The notes below the pieces were generated by a model that was not told where the DNA came from, searched no databases, and was given only the letters and a program-made list of their open reading frames with translations. From a bacterium (GTDB lineage Archaea > Thermoplasmatota > E2 > JACPAO01 > JAHFTW01), in contig JAZJZE010000009.1 of NCBI GenBank assembly GCA_040390065.1, positions 64,001 to 128,000 on the forward strand: DNA of 64,000 nucleotides, read 5' to 3'. Both the position numbers and the translations under genes were made by a program. Below, piece by piece: positions 10,157 through 21,204 of this stretch (its first letter is position 1; each line of letters starts with the position of its first letter).

Positions 10157-10846
10157 ATGGCCCACGACCGTTCAACCAGCGCAAAGATCATCGCCGAATT
10201 CATCGGCACGTTCACGCTCATCTACGTCGGCATCCTGGTCTTGTCCAACGGCGGCGGCGCCGGCCTGACGGGCGCAGCCTTGGCCCACGGCCTCGCCATC
10301 GCCGTCATGGTAAGCGCCACCATGATGATCTCCGGAGGCCACCTCAACCCGGCCGTCACCTTCGGTGCCTGGGTCGGCGGCAAGATCCGCGGCGGCGAAG
10401 CCATGTCCTACGTCCTTGCCCAACTGGCCGGAGGCGCAGCGGGCGGCCTGCTTGCCAAACTGTCCCTCGGCGGTGTGAATGGCGGCGCCGGCGTCCCAGC
10501 CCTCGGGCACTACGCCGACGGCACTGCCGTCCCCGTCGAAGCGGGCATCCTCATCGAAGCCGTCCTGACGTTCTTCCTCGTCTTCGTGGTCTACGGCACG
10601 GGCATCGACGCACGCTTTGGCGGCCGCATCGGCGGCTTGGCCATCGGGCTGACCGTCGCCCTCGACATCCTGGCCGGCGGACCCTTGACGGGCGCGGCCA
10701 TGAACCCGGCGCGCTGGTTCGGCGCGGCGCTCCCCGCACAGCAGTGGAGGCAAGCCAGCGTCTACCTGGTCGGCCCTCTGTTGGGCGGGGCATTGGCCGG
10801 GCTGGTCTATTCGAGGTTCCTCTCAGCCAAGCCATCGCAGGCTTAG
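10157..10846 (+). CDS. Aquaporin / MIP family channel
   Basis: Two NPA boxes (SGGHLNPAVT, GAAMNPAR); AEFIGTF in the first TM helix. Confidence 0.95.
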   Translation: MAHDRSTSAKIIAEFIGTFTLIYVGILVLSNGGGAGLTGAALAHGLAIAVMVSATMMISGGHLNPAVTFGAWVGGKIRGGEAMSYVLAQLAGGAAGGLLAKLSLGGVNGGAGVPALGHYADGTAVPVEAGILIEAVLTFFLVFVVYGTGIDARFGGRIGGLAIGLTVALDILAGGPLTGAAMNPARWFGAALPAQQWRQASVYLVGPLLGGALAGLVYSRFLSAKPSQA

Positions 10847-10852
10847 TCCGGT

Positions 10853-13261
10853 CTAGCTCCGGCGGCGCAACAGCACGACCATGAGGGCCACGATGAGTGC
10901 CGCCGCGGCTGCCGCGCCGAGGATGACGCTCAGCCACGCGCCCTTCGAGGGTGCCGGCGATGCCAGCCCTGCGGGGACTGCGTCCGGAGTGGCCGCGGAG
11001 GGGCCGCTGCCGGCCGCCAGGAAGCGGCTCTCCTGGCAGACGTCGCCGACGCCGTCGCGGTCGAGGTCGTCCTGCTGCAGGTTGGATGCGTACGGGCAGT
11101 TGTCCACGCCGTTTGCCACGGTGTCGCCGTCGATGTCGGGGTCGCACGCGTCACCGAGGCCGTTGCCGTCCAGGTCTGCCTGCGTCGGGTTGGCGTTGTC
11201 GGGGCAGTCGTCGGCCGCGTTGACGATGGCGTCATTGTCGCGGTCGGCGTCGCACACGTCGCCCTTGCCGTCGAGGTCCAGGTCCGCCTGGCCCGGGTCG
11301 GCGATGAAGACGCAGTCATCGACGGCGTTGGGCCAACCGTCGCCGTCGACGTCCGAGCCGGCCACCGCCGGGTCGACGCCGTCGTGTGGCGGGCGCGGCG
11401 CCTGGCCGTTGTCTTGCGAAATGGTGGGCTTCAGGCACGGCGGGTTCTGCACGACGCCAATGATTTGCGTCATGGTACCCGTGTTGCCGTTGGCATCCAT
11501 GACGGTCAGGGTGACGATGTAGTCGCCCGCGGCCTGGTACTCGTGCATGGGGCTCTGGTCGGTGCTGGTGCCGCCATCGCCGAAGCTCCAGTCCCACGCG
11601 ATCACGGCCCCGCCGTTCGGGAGGGGGGCCGTCGTGTCGCTGAAGAAGACCGGGGGCAGGCCGCAGCCGCTTTGGATCCACTTCCAGCTCGCCGGCGGGG
11701 GCGGCGGGGGCGGGATGACGAGCGGGTTGCCTCCGCCGGTGTCGTACATGTAGGCGGTGTCCGCGCCCAGCCCAGTCAACTGCGCGACGATCGGGAAGTC
11801 GCCTTGCACGAGGAACGTGCCGCCGCTGCTGGCCGTGCTGGCCGGGAGCTTGGGCGTCATGCAGGAGTACCCTGACGAGCCGATGGGCCGGCCGGTCGGG
11901 GGCAGGGACACGATGGACAGCACACCCGTCGGGTCTGCGGAGTACAGCGTGAGGGCGGTCGTCGACGCGTAGCCGATGTAGAGGTGGTTCTCCCATGACG
12001 GGTCGGCGTAGAACCAGTGCGCCTTCACGGAGAGGTCGAGTGGCGACAACTCCATGATGGCCGGGTCGCCGTACCAACCGATTGCCTGGTACGCGCTCGT
12101 CGGGTTCTGCGTCGGGCTGACGGTTTGCGAAACCCTGCTGTGGGCAAGGTACTGGACGACATGGATGGGGGCGTCGGAGGTGATGGCCGTGTCCTTCACG
12201 AAGCGGAATTGGCGCCAGGTCGTGCTCGTGACCGAGGCCGTGGTGATTCCAGAGGTGTCGGGGACGGCGAACTGAATGTTGGCGGTGCCGGAGACGGCGC
12301 GGATGCGCAGCCAGTCGACGCCGGGGCCGTCGTCGGTGAATGCCGGGCTGTCTCCGGTTCCGCTCATGTTGGATGCGGCGGCGCACATGACGTAGACTTG
12401 GCCGGCGAGACTGTCGGGCAGCATCTCCTCGTTGATCGTGTCGCAGGAATCATCCTCGAGGTCGACGCACACTGAACCGGCGAACACCGCGCAAGCGGTG
12501 GAGCAGGTGATGCGGGAGCCGGTGAGGTCGGCGAGCGCACCGCAGCCGAGGGGGTCGGGGCTCGAGAAGGGCCAGACCGTGCACTTGACGTCGCCTTCCT
12601 TGCCCATGACGTGCAGCGCGTCGCCGCGGTTGGCCAGCGTATATGTGTAGACGGTGCCCGGCGTCATGACGGGCACGGCGGTCGGAGCAGGCGGGAGGGC
12701 CACGCTGGCCGACGTCGGCGCGCTCACCGTCACGGTGACGGTCGTCGAGGCCTTGATGGCAATGACGGTAAAGAACGCCGGCTGGGGATTGAGGTACTGG
12801 ATGTTGTTGGCGGCCGTCGCGACGCTGTAGACCTTCCCGAGCTTGCTTTCGGGCAGCAACTTGGTGGCGTCCGTCGTGGCGCTCGTGCCCTGCACTGCCG
12901 TGATCTGCATGACTTCCCAGTTGTTGTCAGGGGTCGTCGCCGTGTACGTGGCGGCGTTGCTGATCTGCGTCGTCAAGTAGAGTTCGCCGTACGCATACTG
13001 TCCCGTCATGGCGGGATTGACGATGGTGCCCGCGACGATTGCAGTACCGGCCTTTTCGAAGGTGACCTGCTGCGTGCTAAGCGATCCGGCGTTGGTGGCC
13101 GAGATGACGGTCGTGGGCTGGATGGGCCCGGCGGTCGTCGTCGTGGGCAGACCCACGGACCAGTAGATTGCGGCGTCCGAGTCATGGGGCAGTGCCACCA
13201 TCAGAAGGGCGCCAGCGCCGACGAGGGCGAGTCCGAACAAGAGGCCAGAGCGGTGCATCAT
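10853..13261 (-). CDS. Surface protein 1: IgGFc-binding-like domain + PKD + thrombospondin type 3 repeats + C-terminal TM
   Basis: LLPESKLGKVY and [14 protein letters not shown]; WDWSFGDG PKD motif; DxDGDG...DNC...QxDxD repeats; TM followed by RRRS. Confidence 0.85.
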   Translation of the reverse strand: MMHRSGLLFGLALVGAGALLMVALPHDSDAAIYWSVGLPTTTTAGPIQPTTVISATNAGSLSTQQVTFEKAGTAIVAGTIVNPAMTGQYAYGELYLTTQISNAATYTATTPDNNWEVMQITAVQGTSATTDATKLLPESKLGKVYSVATAANNIQYLNPQPAFFTVIAIKASTTVTVTVSAPTSASVALPPAPTAVPVMTPGTVYTYTLANRGDALHVMGKEGDVKCTVWPFSSPDPLGCGALADLTGSRITCSTACAVFAGSVCVDLEDDSCDTINEEMLPDSLAGQVYVMCAAASNMSGTGDSPAFTDDGPGVDWLRIRAVSGTANIQFAVPDTSGITTASVTSTTWRQFRFVKDTAITSDAPIHVVQYLAHSRVSQTVSPTQNPTSAYQAIGWYGDPAIMELSPLDLSVKAHWFYADPSWENHLYIGYASTTALTLYSADPTGVLSIVSLPPTGRPIGSSGYSCMTPKLPASTASSGGTFLVQGDFPIVAQLTGLGADTAYMYDTGGGNPLVIPPPPPPPASWKWIQSGCGLPPVFFSDTTAPLPNGGAVIAWDWSFGDGGTSTDQSPMHEYQAAGDYIVTLTVMDANGNTGTMTQIIGVVQNPPCLKPTISQDNGQAPRPPHDGVDPAVAGSDVDGDGWPNAVDDCVFIADPGQADLDLDGKGDVCDADRDNDAIVNAADDCPDNANPTQADLDGNGLGDACDPDIDGDTVANGVDNCPYASNLQQDDLDRDGVGDVCQESRFLAAGSGPSAATPDAVPAGLASPAPSKGAWLSVILGAAAAAALIVALMVVLLRRRS

Positions 13262-13291
13262 GGATGCTCGACCGGAACACTTGCGGGCCGG

Positions 13292-13313
13292 TATATACGG
13301 ATTCTCCTGCAAT
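13292..13313 (-). promoter_or_regulatory. Putative TATA box plus conserved upstream element
   Basis: Minus strand ATTGCAGGAGAATCCGTATATA, about 31 nt before the ATG; 21/22 identical to 18320-18341. Confidence 0.7.
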
Positions 13314-13329
13314 TGCGCGGAAATCCAGC

Positions 13330-15771
13330 TTACTGGCGACGGCGGGCGACGACGACCACCAGGAGGGCCAGGAGGGCCGCGGCGCCGACGATTCCAGCAA
13401 GGACGCCAAGCCAGCCGGAAGCGCCGGCGACCGGGGCCGACAGCGCTGTGTCCGTCTTGTCGAGGGGGCGCGAGGCGTCGGGCTGAGCGGCATCCGGCAT
13501 CGACATCGCGTCGCAAGCGTCGCCGACCTGGTTGCCGTCGCGGTCATCTTGGTTGGCGTTGGCCACGCGTGCACAGTTGTCCACGGCGTTCAGGACCTTG
13601 TCGCCATCCACGTCGGAGTCGCAGGCATCGCCGAGGCCGTTGCCGTCGAGGTCGCTCTGCTCGGCGTTCGGCGTCGTCGGACAGTTGTCTGCCGCGTTGA
13701 GCACGCCGTCATTGTCAGCATCCTTGTCGCAGGAATCGCCCATCTCGTCCAGGTCCGTGTCGTTCTGCGCCGAGTTGGCGACGAAGACACAGTTGTCCAG
13801 GGCATTGCGGATGCCATCGCCGTCGGCATCGTCGCCGGCGATCGCGTCATCGACGCCGTCATGCGGCGGGCGCTGAGCGTGGCCGTTGTCCTCGGAGATG
13901 GTGGGTTGGATGCAGACCTCGCCCTGGGTGGCGGCGACTTGCTGTGTTGCCGTGTCCGTGAAGCCGTTGGCGTCGGTCGCGGTCTCCGTGACGGTGTAGT
14001 CGCCGGCCGCTCCGTAGGTGTGCACAGGGTTCTGGTCCGTGCTCGAACCGCCATCGCCGAAGGTCCAGGAGTACATCGTGTACGGCGGGGTGCCGCCCGA
14101 CGTCGAGTCGGTGAACTGGATGGGGTGGACGCCGCAGCCGCTGTTGGCGGGGGTCCACTTGAAGTCCACGACGAAGGCCGGCGGCGGCAGGGCGGGCGAT
14201 CCGCCGCTGTCGTACCAGTAGCCGGACACCGCCGCAAGGCCCAGCAGTTGAACGGACGCGGGCCCGCTGGTCAAGACGTGGTGCTGGCCGCCCGTGGTGC
14301 TCGTGTCGACCGGGGTCGTGCAGCCGAAGCCTGTGCTGCCAATCACCCGCGTCATCGAGCTGGGCACGGCGGCGCCGTTGTCGAGGATGGACGTGCCAAG
14401 AGGGGCGCCGATGTAGATGTGGTTCTCGTAGCCGGGGAAGGCGTACATCCAGTGGTCCTGGAGGGCGTGCTCCATGGGCGTCACGGCGACGTCCGCGGGG
14501 GCGCCCCACGTGAAGAACGTGTACTGTGCGCTGGCGACGGGGTTGGCGCCCGCGGCGAGCGTGTCGACGTTGACGTCGAGGTAGTCCATGACCAGGATTG
14601 GGGCCGAGGACGTGACGACGGTGTCCGCGTCGAGGTAGAACTGCGACCAGGCGGTGGACGTGACGGTTGCGCTGATGATGGACGGCGCCGCGCCGAAGCT
14701 GGGGCGCACCGGAGACGAGAAGAACACCGTCGCGGTGGCCCCCGTTGCCTGGATGCGCAGGAAGTCCATCTGGCTGGTCGGGCCACTCATGTTGCCGGCG
14801 CAGATGACGTACGTGAAGCCGGCGGCGCTGTCGGGCAGCATCTGCTCGTTGATGATGTTGCAGTTGCCGCCGTCGCCGTTGTTCCAGCAGCCGGTGCCGG
14901 CGAAGACCGCGACGGCGTGGCTCGCCGTGATGCGCGAACCCGTCAAGTCGTAGGTGAAGCAGGGGGCGCCGCTGCCACCCAGGATGAACCATGGCACGAA
15001 GGCCGGGACGCAGTCGGGGTTGCCAAGGTTGCCGGATTCGACGTGCAGCGCCTGGCCGCGGTTGAGGGTGAAGACGTGCGTGGTGCTGGCAATCATGGCG
15101 GGGATCTGGTCCGGGGCCGCGCAAGGGCCGCCCGCGGTGGGGCATCCCGCGCTGGCTGCGGTGTCCGCACTAGGGGTCACGGTGACCTGCGTGTTGTCCT
15201 TGGTGGCGATGACGGTGAAGTAGTTCGGGTTGGGCGGGTAGTAGACGCCGCCGGTCGACTCGTCGTTGGCGGCCGTGAAGACCCAGTAGGTCGTGCCGAG
15301 CTGCGAGCGCTCCAGGGCGTGGGACGCATCGGCGCCGCCGCCATTTGCTCCGGGGGCAAGGCCGCCGGCCGCTGCGGTCAACTGGTGGACCTCGGACGGC
15401 TGCACGGTCTGGACGAAGTAGACGCCCGTGTTGCTGATCTGGCTGCCCTGAAGATAGTCGTTGAACTGCAGGGTGCCGACGGCGCCAGGGCTCACGGGAA
15501 ACGTGGAGACGGCCGTGGTCGCGCCCGCCGTGACCTTGTTGAGCGTGACGGTGTCAAGGGCGGTCCCGACGTTGGTGACGGCAAGCGAGGTACTGACGCT
15601 GACGGGCGGGCCCGGGGTGCAGACCAGGCTGCACAGGCTTCCGCCCGTGTCCGGCAGGCCGACGACCCAGTACTCGTTTGCGTCGGCGTGGTGCGGCATG
15701 GCGACCAGCAAGGCCGCGATGCCCAATCCAAACGTCAGCAATCCAGCAACGCGCAAGCTCCCGCACTCCAT
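13330..15771 (-). CDS. Surface protein 2: IgGFc-binding-like + PKD + TSP3 repeats + TM
   Basis: Same architecture ([31 protein letters not shown]...DNC); ATG at 15771 preferred over GTG 15789 from promoter spacing. Confidence 0.85.
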   Translation of the reverse strand: MECGSLRVAGLLTFGLGIAALLVAMPHHADANEYWVVGLPDTGGSLCSLVCTPGPPVSVSTSLAVTNVGTALDTVTLNKVTAGATTAVSTFPVSPGAVGTLQFNDYLQGSQISNTGVYFVQTVQPSEVHQLTAAAGGLAPGANGGGADASHALERSQLGTTYWVFTAANDESTGGVYYPPNPNYFTVIATKDNTQVTVTPSADTAASAGCPTAGGPCAAPDQIPAMIASTTHVFTLNRGQALHVESGNLGNPDCVPAFVPWFILGGSGAPCFTYDLTGSRITASHAVAVFAGTGCWNNGDGGNCNIINEQMLPDSAAGFTYVICAGNMSGPTSQMDFLRIQATGATATVFFSSPVRPSFGAAPSIISATVTSTAWSQFYLDADTVVTSSAPILVMDYLDVNVDTLAAGANPVASAQYTFFTWGAPADVAVTPMEHALQDHWMYAFPGYENHIYIGAPLGTSILDNGAAVPSSMTRVIGSTGFGCTTPVDTSTTGGQHHVLTSGPASVQLLGLAAVSGYWYDSGGSPALPPPAFVVDFKWTPANSGCGVHPIQFTDSTSGGTPPYTMYSWTFGDGGSSTDQNPVHTYGAAGDYTVTETATDANGFTDTATQQVAATQGEVCIQPTISEDNGHAQRPPHDGVDDAIAGDDADGDGIRNALDNCVFVANSAQNDTDLDEMGDSCDKDADNDGVLNAADNCPTTPNAEQSDLDGNGLGDACDSDVDGDKVLNAVDNCARVANANQDDRDGNQVGDACDAMSMPDAAQPDASRPLDKTDTALSAPVAGASGWLGVLAGIVGAAALLALLVVVVARRRQ

Positions 15772-15930
15772 GACAACCGAGAGGTCCACTTACGGGGAAG
15801 TATGAAAGGATTGTCGTTGGTAAGTGATAGTAAAGGAACGGTCTAGGCCAATCATGTAGAGGCATCTTTTCGGCCTCCAAACGAGGACCGGTTCGACCCT
15901 CCAGACTGGCCGGTTTCCAGGGATGACCGG

Positions 15931-18291
15931 CTAGTTCCGTGCCCGCCGGACGACGACGAGCATGACCAAGGCCAGGACGAGCACGGCAAGACCGGCGGCG
16001 GCCACGACGGCCATCCAGCCCGCCTGGGCACCATGCGGGGCGGAGAGCGAGGCGGGCGTGGCATCGAGCGGCCTGGAGCCTTGGAGCGCGGCGGCGGCAC
16101 CGACCGTCCGGTCGTCGCACGCGTCGCCCTGCTGGTCGCCGTCCGTGTCGACTTGCTCGGCGTTTGGCACCATGACGCAGTTGTCCGCGGCGTTCAGGAC
16201 CTTGTCCCCGTCGATGTCGAGGTCGCAAGCGTCGCCCATGCCGTTGCCGTCCTGGTCGGTCTGGTCCGCATTCGGCGCGGTCGGGCAGTTATCTGCCGCG
16301 TTGAGGATGCCGTCGTTGTCCGCGTCCTTGTCGCAGGCATCGCCGATGTGGTCGAGGTCGGCGTCGTCCTGGGCGGCGTTGGCTACGAAGACGCAGTCGT
16401 CGACCGCGTTGAGGATGCCGTCGCCGTCGGCGTCTGCCCCTGCGATGGCGGGATCGACGCCGTCATGCGGCGGCCGCGGCGCGTGGCCGTTGTCCTCCGA
16501 GATGGTCGGGCCCATGCAGACGCCGCCGTCGACGACGGAGACAATCTGCGTGGACGAGGAGGGAAGGTCGTTGTCGTCCGTGACGGTCAGGGTGACGGCA
16601 TAGTCGCCGGGGGCGCCGTACTGGTGCGTCGGGTTCTGGTCCGTACTGGTCCCGCCGTCGCCGAAGTTCCAGAACCAAGACGTGATGGGCACGTCGCCAT
16701 CGGTGGACGTGTCCTTGAACGAGACGGGCTGCATGCCGCACCCGCTTCCCGGCGTGCCCTTGAACGACGCCGTCGGCCCGACGGGCGGCGGGATCACGCT
16801 CGGCGGCGAGCCGATGTCGTACAGGTATGCGCCGTCCAGGCCCTCTCCTGTCACTTGCGCCGTGAGGCGGCCACCCGTCATGTCCTCGAGATGGTATGTG
16901 CCGCCGGTCGCTGGGTCCAGAAGCGCCGTGGTGCAGGAGAAGTTCGTGGCGCCGATGGGCCGGGCTCCCGTCATGAGGGCGCCGTTGAGGTGCAGGACGG
17001 CGATGTTGGAGTGTGCGATGTTGATGTAATTGTAGAACGTCTCGGCCGTGGAGAAGTCGTGGACCGGCGTGCCCTTGTCGATGGGGCGGATCTCCGTCTC
17101 GGCCGGGTCGCCGTAGCCCTGCTGCGGGTAGTAGTAGCCGATGGTGTTGGCCGGGATCTTGATGCCGGCCCCCGGGATGTTCATCGTCGCCCAGGCCATG
17201 AACTGCAGGATGTGGATGGGCTGGTCCGACGTCACGACCGTGTCGGCCTTCATGTAGAACGTCGTCCACGCCGTCGACGAGACGGTGGCCGTCGTCGTGG
17301 CGGCGCTGTACGCCGGTCGGAACGGCGAATAGTCCGTTGGTCCAGGCTGCGTCGCCACGGGCACCGCGAAGTTGATGGTCGCCGTTCCCGCGACGGAGCG
17401 AATCATGATCATGTCGAGTTGGCCGTAGTTGCTGGCCACTGAACTGCAAAGGGCAAACGTGTTGCCCATCGAGTTGTCCGGCAGTTGCTGGGTGAAGATG
17501 ATGTCACCGCGCTGGTCCTCGATGAGGGCTCCATTGTTGCCGGCGAAGACCGCCACACCGGTCGTGGCCACGATGCGCGTGCCGGCGAAGTTGCAGTTTG
17601 CGCCACCGAGGTGGAACAGGTTCTGCGCAGCCGCCGATTCGACGTGCAGGACTTCGCCGCGGTTGACCGTGAACGTTGTGGGGCTGACCATCGTCGGCAC
17701 CTGGCCGGGCACGACGCTCGGGGAGTTGGGACAGACGGGGTAGACCGTCACTTGCGTGTTCATCTTGATGGACACGACGTCGAAGAAACTCATGTCCTGC
17801 GCGTAGCCGTTGATGGACCCGCCGACGGGGTCCTTCCATGCGCCGATCGTGTACGTCGTTCCGAGCTCCTGCTCGGGCAGCAGGCGCGTGCCGTCCATGG
17901 ACTTGGTGGACGAGTCGGCGGGGTCGATCTGCCAGACGTTGTACTCGTTGCCGCCTGGAGTCGTGATCCAGTACACGGACTGGCTGCTGATTTGGCTGCC
18001 CTGCAGTTGGTCGTTGTAGTTGAAAATCCCGGTCGTGCCGGTCGGGATGACCAGCGCCTGCGTCGGCGTCGGCGAAAGGATGCTGCCGAAGGTCACGAGC
18101 CCCGTGGGGCCCGCGTTCGTGACCAACACGTTGGTGGTCGCCTGCGGGGGACCGATGAGGGCGCTCGTCGACGGGACGCCAATCGTCCAGTACGTGTTGG
18201 CCGACGCGTGGTGGGACAGCGCCAGAAGCGCGAGCCCGGCGCCGGCGACGGCGATGACCGCAAAAAGTGCATGATTGCCCTTGACCACCAT
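15931..18291 (-). CDS. Surface protein 3: IgGFc-binding-like + PKD + TSP3 repeats + TM
   Basis: Same architecture ([38 protein letters not shown]3 repeats, TM + RRAR). Confidence 0.85.
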   Translation of the reverse strand: MVVKGNHALFAVIAVAGAGLALLALSHHASANTYWTIGVPSTSALIGPPQATTNVLVTNAGPTGLVTFGSILSPTPTQALVIPTGTTGIFNYNDQLQGSQISSQSVYWITTPGGNEYNVWQIDPADSSTKSMDGTRLLPEQELGTTYTIGAWKDPVGGSINGYAQDMSFFDVVSIKMNTQVTVYPVCPNSPSVVPGQVPTMVSPTTFTVNRGEVLHVESAAAQNLFHLGGANCNFAGTRIVATTGVAVFAGNNGALIEDQRGDIIFTQQLPDNSMGNTFALCSSVASNYGQLDMIMIRSVAGTATINFAVPVATQPGPTDYSPFRPAYSAATTTATVSSTAWTTFYMKADTVVTSDQPIHILQFMAWATMNIPGAGIKIPANTIGYYYPQQGYGDPAETEIRPIDKGTPVHDFSTAETFYNYINIAHSNIAVLHLNGALMTGARPIGATNFSCTTALLDPATGGTYHLEDMTGGRLTAQVTGEGLDGAYLYDIGSPPSVIPPPVGPTASFKGTPGSGCGMQPVSFKDTSTDGDVPITSWFWNFGDGGTSTDQNPTHQYGAPGDYAVTLTVTDDNDLPSSSTQIVSVVDGGVCMGPTISEDNGHAPRPPHDGVDPAIAGADADGDGILNAVDDCVFVANAAQDDADLDHIGDACDKDADNDGILNAADNCPTAPNADQTDQDGNGMGDACDLDIDGDKVLNAADNCVMVPNAEQVDTDGDQQGDACDDRTVGAAAALQGSRPLDATPASLSAPHGAQAGWMAVVAAAGLAVLVLALVMLVVVRRARN

Positions 18292-18319
18292 GGGAATCGC
18301 AGGTTGACCACCCTGGCGC

Positions 18320-18341
18320 TATATAGGGATTCTCCTGCAAT
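18320..18341 (-). promoter_or_regulatory. Putative TATA box plus conserved upstream element
   Basis: Minus strand ATTGCAGGAGAATCCCTATATA, 29 nt before ATG 18291. Confidence 0.7.
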
Positions 18342-18405
18342 CACGACGTTTCCGCCCGGTCGAATTGCCAATGTCGCAGCAAGCTTGGCCGTCGCGTCGT
18401 CACGC

Positions 18406-18873
18406 CTACAGGTGCTTGCGGACTTCGTCCACGCCAACCCAAACCGTGGGGTCCTCCGACTTGGACGTCCACGTCACAGTCCCGTCCCCGCCGACGACCA
18501 TGACGCCACGCTTTGCGACGTTGTGGATGCCAGCCACCGTCGTCGACTCCCAGATCTTGCCCAGGACCTCGCGGTTCGGGTCGGAGAAGATGCCGTGCTC
18601 GAGGTTGTGCATCTTGGCGAACTGCACGTTGCCGTGCTGCGAATCCGTGCTGAAGCCGTACACGGCCACGCCGAGGCCCTTGAAGGCCGCGAGGTTGTCC
18701 CGGACCTCGCACATCTCCTTCGTGCACACCCCGGAAAACGCGATCGGGAAGAACGCGAGGACGACAGGCTTGCCGGCTGCGACCTTCGAGAAGGTGGCAT
18801 CCGCGTGCCCCTCCTTGGTTGCGAGTTTGAGCGTGAAATCGGGGAGCTTGGAGCCGACTGCGGGGATGGCCAT
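18406..18873 (-). CDS. Peroxiredoxin (AhpC/TSA; BCP/AhpE-like)
   Basis: LAFFPIAFSGVCTKEMC peroxidatic motif, PDFTL, and the conserved Arg (AKRGV). Confidence 0.9.
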   Translation of the reverse strand: MAIPAVGSKLPDFTLKLATKEGHADATFSKVAAGKPVVLAFFPIAFSGVCTKEMCEVRDNLAAFKGLGVAVYGFSTDSQHGNVQFAKMHNLEHGIFSDPNREVLGKIWESTTVAGIHNVAKRGVMVVGGDGTVTWTSKSEDPTVWVGVDEVRKHL

Positions 18874-19016
18874 GGGGGCGGCGAGAGGCAGGCCGTACAA
18901 AATCGCGACGACGCTTCGACGCCGATCTTTTAGGCCAGCCCAACGACCCATTCGCGCTGTCCTGCGACGGCGGCGGAACACGGATTGCGACGAATCCGTC
19001 ATGACACGCGCGTAGG

Positions 19017-19381
19017 CCCCCGGTCGGGGCGAGCTGGTATTGCGAGCGCCTCGGCGCGAGCATGCCGGGGGTCGCCGGGGCCGGCAGGCCCCCCGGCGGG
19101 GGGAAACGGGCGGGGGGCCGCAGCCCTCCGCCGCGATGTCGCGAGGCGAAGCCGAGGCAGGACATCGCAAATGATCGACCTGTTTTCAGGTCGCGCGAGG
19201 GCCGCCGGGGGGCCTGAAAGACCACGAAGCCACCGAAAAACCCGGAAAGCGATGTTTCCAGTCTTCGGCAACTTCGTAGTATTTCAGGCAAGGGCAGCCT
19301 GGGAGAACAGGAGCCGAACGGAGAACAGGAACCCATTCCCGTTCTCTCCACTGGATTCCTGTTCTCCCAGGCCTCCCACAC
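19017..19381 (+). repeat. Intergenic palindromic repeat family, copy B (core 19292-19381)
   Basis: 19199-19381 aligns with 7477-7660; starts with the CCCCCGGTCGGGGCGAGC module. Confidence 0.85.
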
Positions 19382-19430
19382 TGGATCGAGCCGTTGCCGC
19401 CCGGACCACCGCCACCGATGCGAGAGGAGT

Positions 19431-20795
19431 TCAGGCGACGAGGCCGCGCAACTTCACGCATTCCGCCACGCGGCCGACGGCGACGACGTAGGCGGCCGTG
19501 CGCATGTCGACCTTGTGCTTGGCGGACGCATCGTGCACGGCGTGGAAGGCGCTCGTCATCTTCGCGTCGAGCTTCTGGTACACCTCGGAAGCCGGCCAGT
19601 AGTAGCCGTACAGGTTCTGCACCCACTCGAAGTAGGAGACCGTGACGCCGCCGGAGTTGGCGAGGAAGTCCGGGATGTCCAGGACACCGTTCGTGTGCAG
19701 GATGACGTCGGCCTCCGGTGTCGTGGGGCCGTTGGCGAGTTCGAGGACGATCTTGGCCTTGACGTTGTTGGCGTTGCCGCCGTGGATCTGGTTCTCGATG
19801 CCGGCGGGGATGAGCACGTCGACCTTCAGTTCCAGGAGTTCCTCGTTCGTGATCTTCTTCGAGCCGGGGAAGTTGCCGACGTGGCCCTTGCGTTGCTTGA
19901 AGTCGTGCACCGCGGCGTAGTCGAGGCCCTTGGCGTTGTAGATGCCGCCCTTGGAGTCGGAGACGGCGACGACCTTCGCGCCGAACATCTCGGTCACGAG
20001 CTTGTGGGCGAAGTCGCCGGCGTTTCCGTAGCCTTGGATGGCGACGGTGGCGCCCCTGAGGTTGAGTTTCTTCGCCTTGGCCGCTTCGCGCAGGTGGTAC
20101 ATGCCGCCCTTCGCGGTGGCATCGCCGCGGCCGGCCGAGCCGCCGAGGGCCAGGGGCTTGCCCGTGATGAAGCCGGGTTCGTTGGCGCCGTGGATGACCG
20201 ACATCTCGTCCATCATCCACGCCATGATCTGCGGTGTGGTGTACACGTCCGGCGCGGGGACGTCCTTGTACGTGCCAACAATCTGGGCCACGGCGCGCAC
20301 CCAGCCGCGGCTCAGGCGCTCGAGTTCACGCGGACTCATCTTCTTCGGGTCGCAGATGACGCCGCCTTTGCCGCCGCCGTACGGGATGTCGGCGACGGCG
20401 CACTTCCACGTCATCCACGCGGCCAGCGCGCGGACGGTGTCGGCGGTCTCGTCGGGGTGGAAGCGGATGCCGCCCTTCGTCGGGCCACGCGCATCATTGT
20501 ACTGGCAGCGGAAACCCGTGAACGTCTTGGTGCGGCCGTTGTCCATGCGCACGGGGATGCGCACTTGCAGGAAACGCTGCGGCTCGGACAAGTACTCGTG
20601 CATCGCCTTGTCGAGGCCCATGACCTTTGCCGCCTTGGCGAGTTGCGACTGCGCGATCTTGAAGGGGTTCAGTTCCTCGGGGGCGACGACGGCGGACTTG
20701 CGTGCGCCCTGCATGGCGACGTCGGCGGTGGCCTTTCCGCTGGAGCCGTTCTTGACGGCGGGCTTCTTCACTTGGACAGTCGTGGTTCGGGCCAT
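19431..20795 (-). CDS. gdhA: Glutamate dehydrogenase (Glu/Leu/Phe/Val family)
   Basis: [39 protein letters not shown] and [13 protein letters not shown] motifs. Confidence 0.95.
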   Translation of the reverse strand: MARTTTVQVKKPAVKNGSSGKATADVAMQGARKSAVVAPEELNPFKIAQSQLAKAAKVMGLDKAMHEYLSEPQRFLQVRIPVRMDNGRTKTFTGFRCQYNDARGPTKGGIRFHPDETADTVRALAAWMTWKCAVADIPYGGGKGGVICDPKKMSPRELERLSRGWVRAVAQIVGTYKDVPAPDVYTTPQIMAWMMDEMSVIHGANEPGFITGKPLALGGSAGRGDATAKGGMYHLREAAKAKKLNLRGATVAIQGYGNAGDFAHKLVTEMFGAKVVAVSDSKGGIYNAKGLDYAAVHDFKQRKGHVGNFPGSKKITNEELLELKVDVLIPAGIENQIHGGNANNVKAKIVLELANGPTTPEADVILHTNGVLDIPDFLANSGGVTVSYFEWVQNLYGYYWPASEVYQKLDAKMTSAFHAVHDASAKHKVDMRTAAYVVAVGRVAECVKLRGLVA

Positions 20796-20910
20796 GAAGG
20801 ACACCCCGAGAAGGGTGTGCGGCGATGTTGGGTCCAGCACGTAAAGGAATCGATTGAGCCGAGGAGACGGAACAAATCCGTGTTCCCGCCCGGTCTGCGG
20901 ATGCGGCACC

Positions 20911-21204
20911 GGTCGCGCGAAGCAGAGCCAACGACCGGCCACGCCGACCTCCGACGGCGGCGCGGGCAACGAGGTGGCCGCGTGGCTGGGCGTGGGGGGC
21001 TTGGGAGAACCGCAATCAAGTGGAGAGAAGGGGAATGGGTTGCGGTTCTCCGTAGGTCTCCGGTTCTGCCAGGCCGCCCCCGCCTGACCATGCGGTTACA
21101 ACCGTCGTGCCAGGGCCCCCGGCGGCCCCAGCCATCGCTTCGCTCGGCTTGCCACGCCCTCGCTCTGCGCGCTTCGCGACGCATTCGCTCGCCCCGACCG
21201 GGGG
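20911..21204 (-). repeat. Intergenic palindromic repeat family, copy C (core 20990-21083)
   Basis: Reverse complement of copy A modules; 20911-20986 is identical to 7664-7739 in inverted orientation. Confidence 0.9.

Noticed and set aside
10853-18291. Diversity-generating retroelement acting on the surface proteins
   Set aside because: No reverse transcriptase and no template/variable repeat pair with adenine-specific mismatches were seen.
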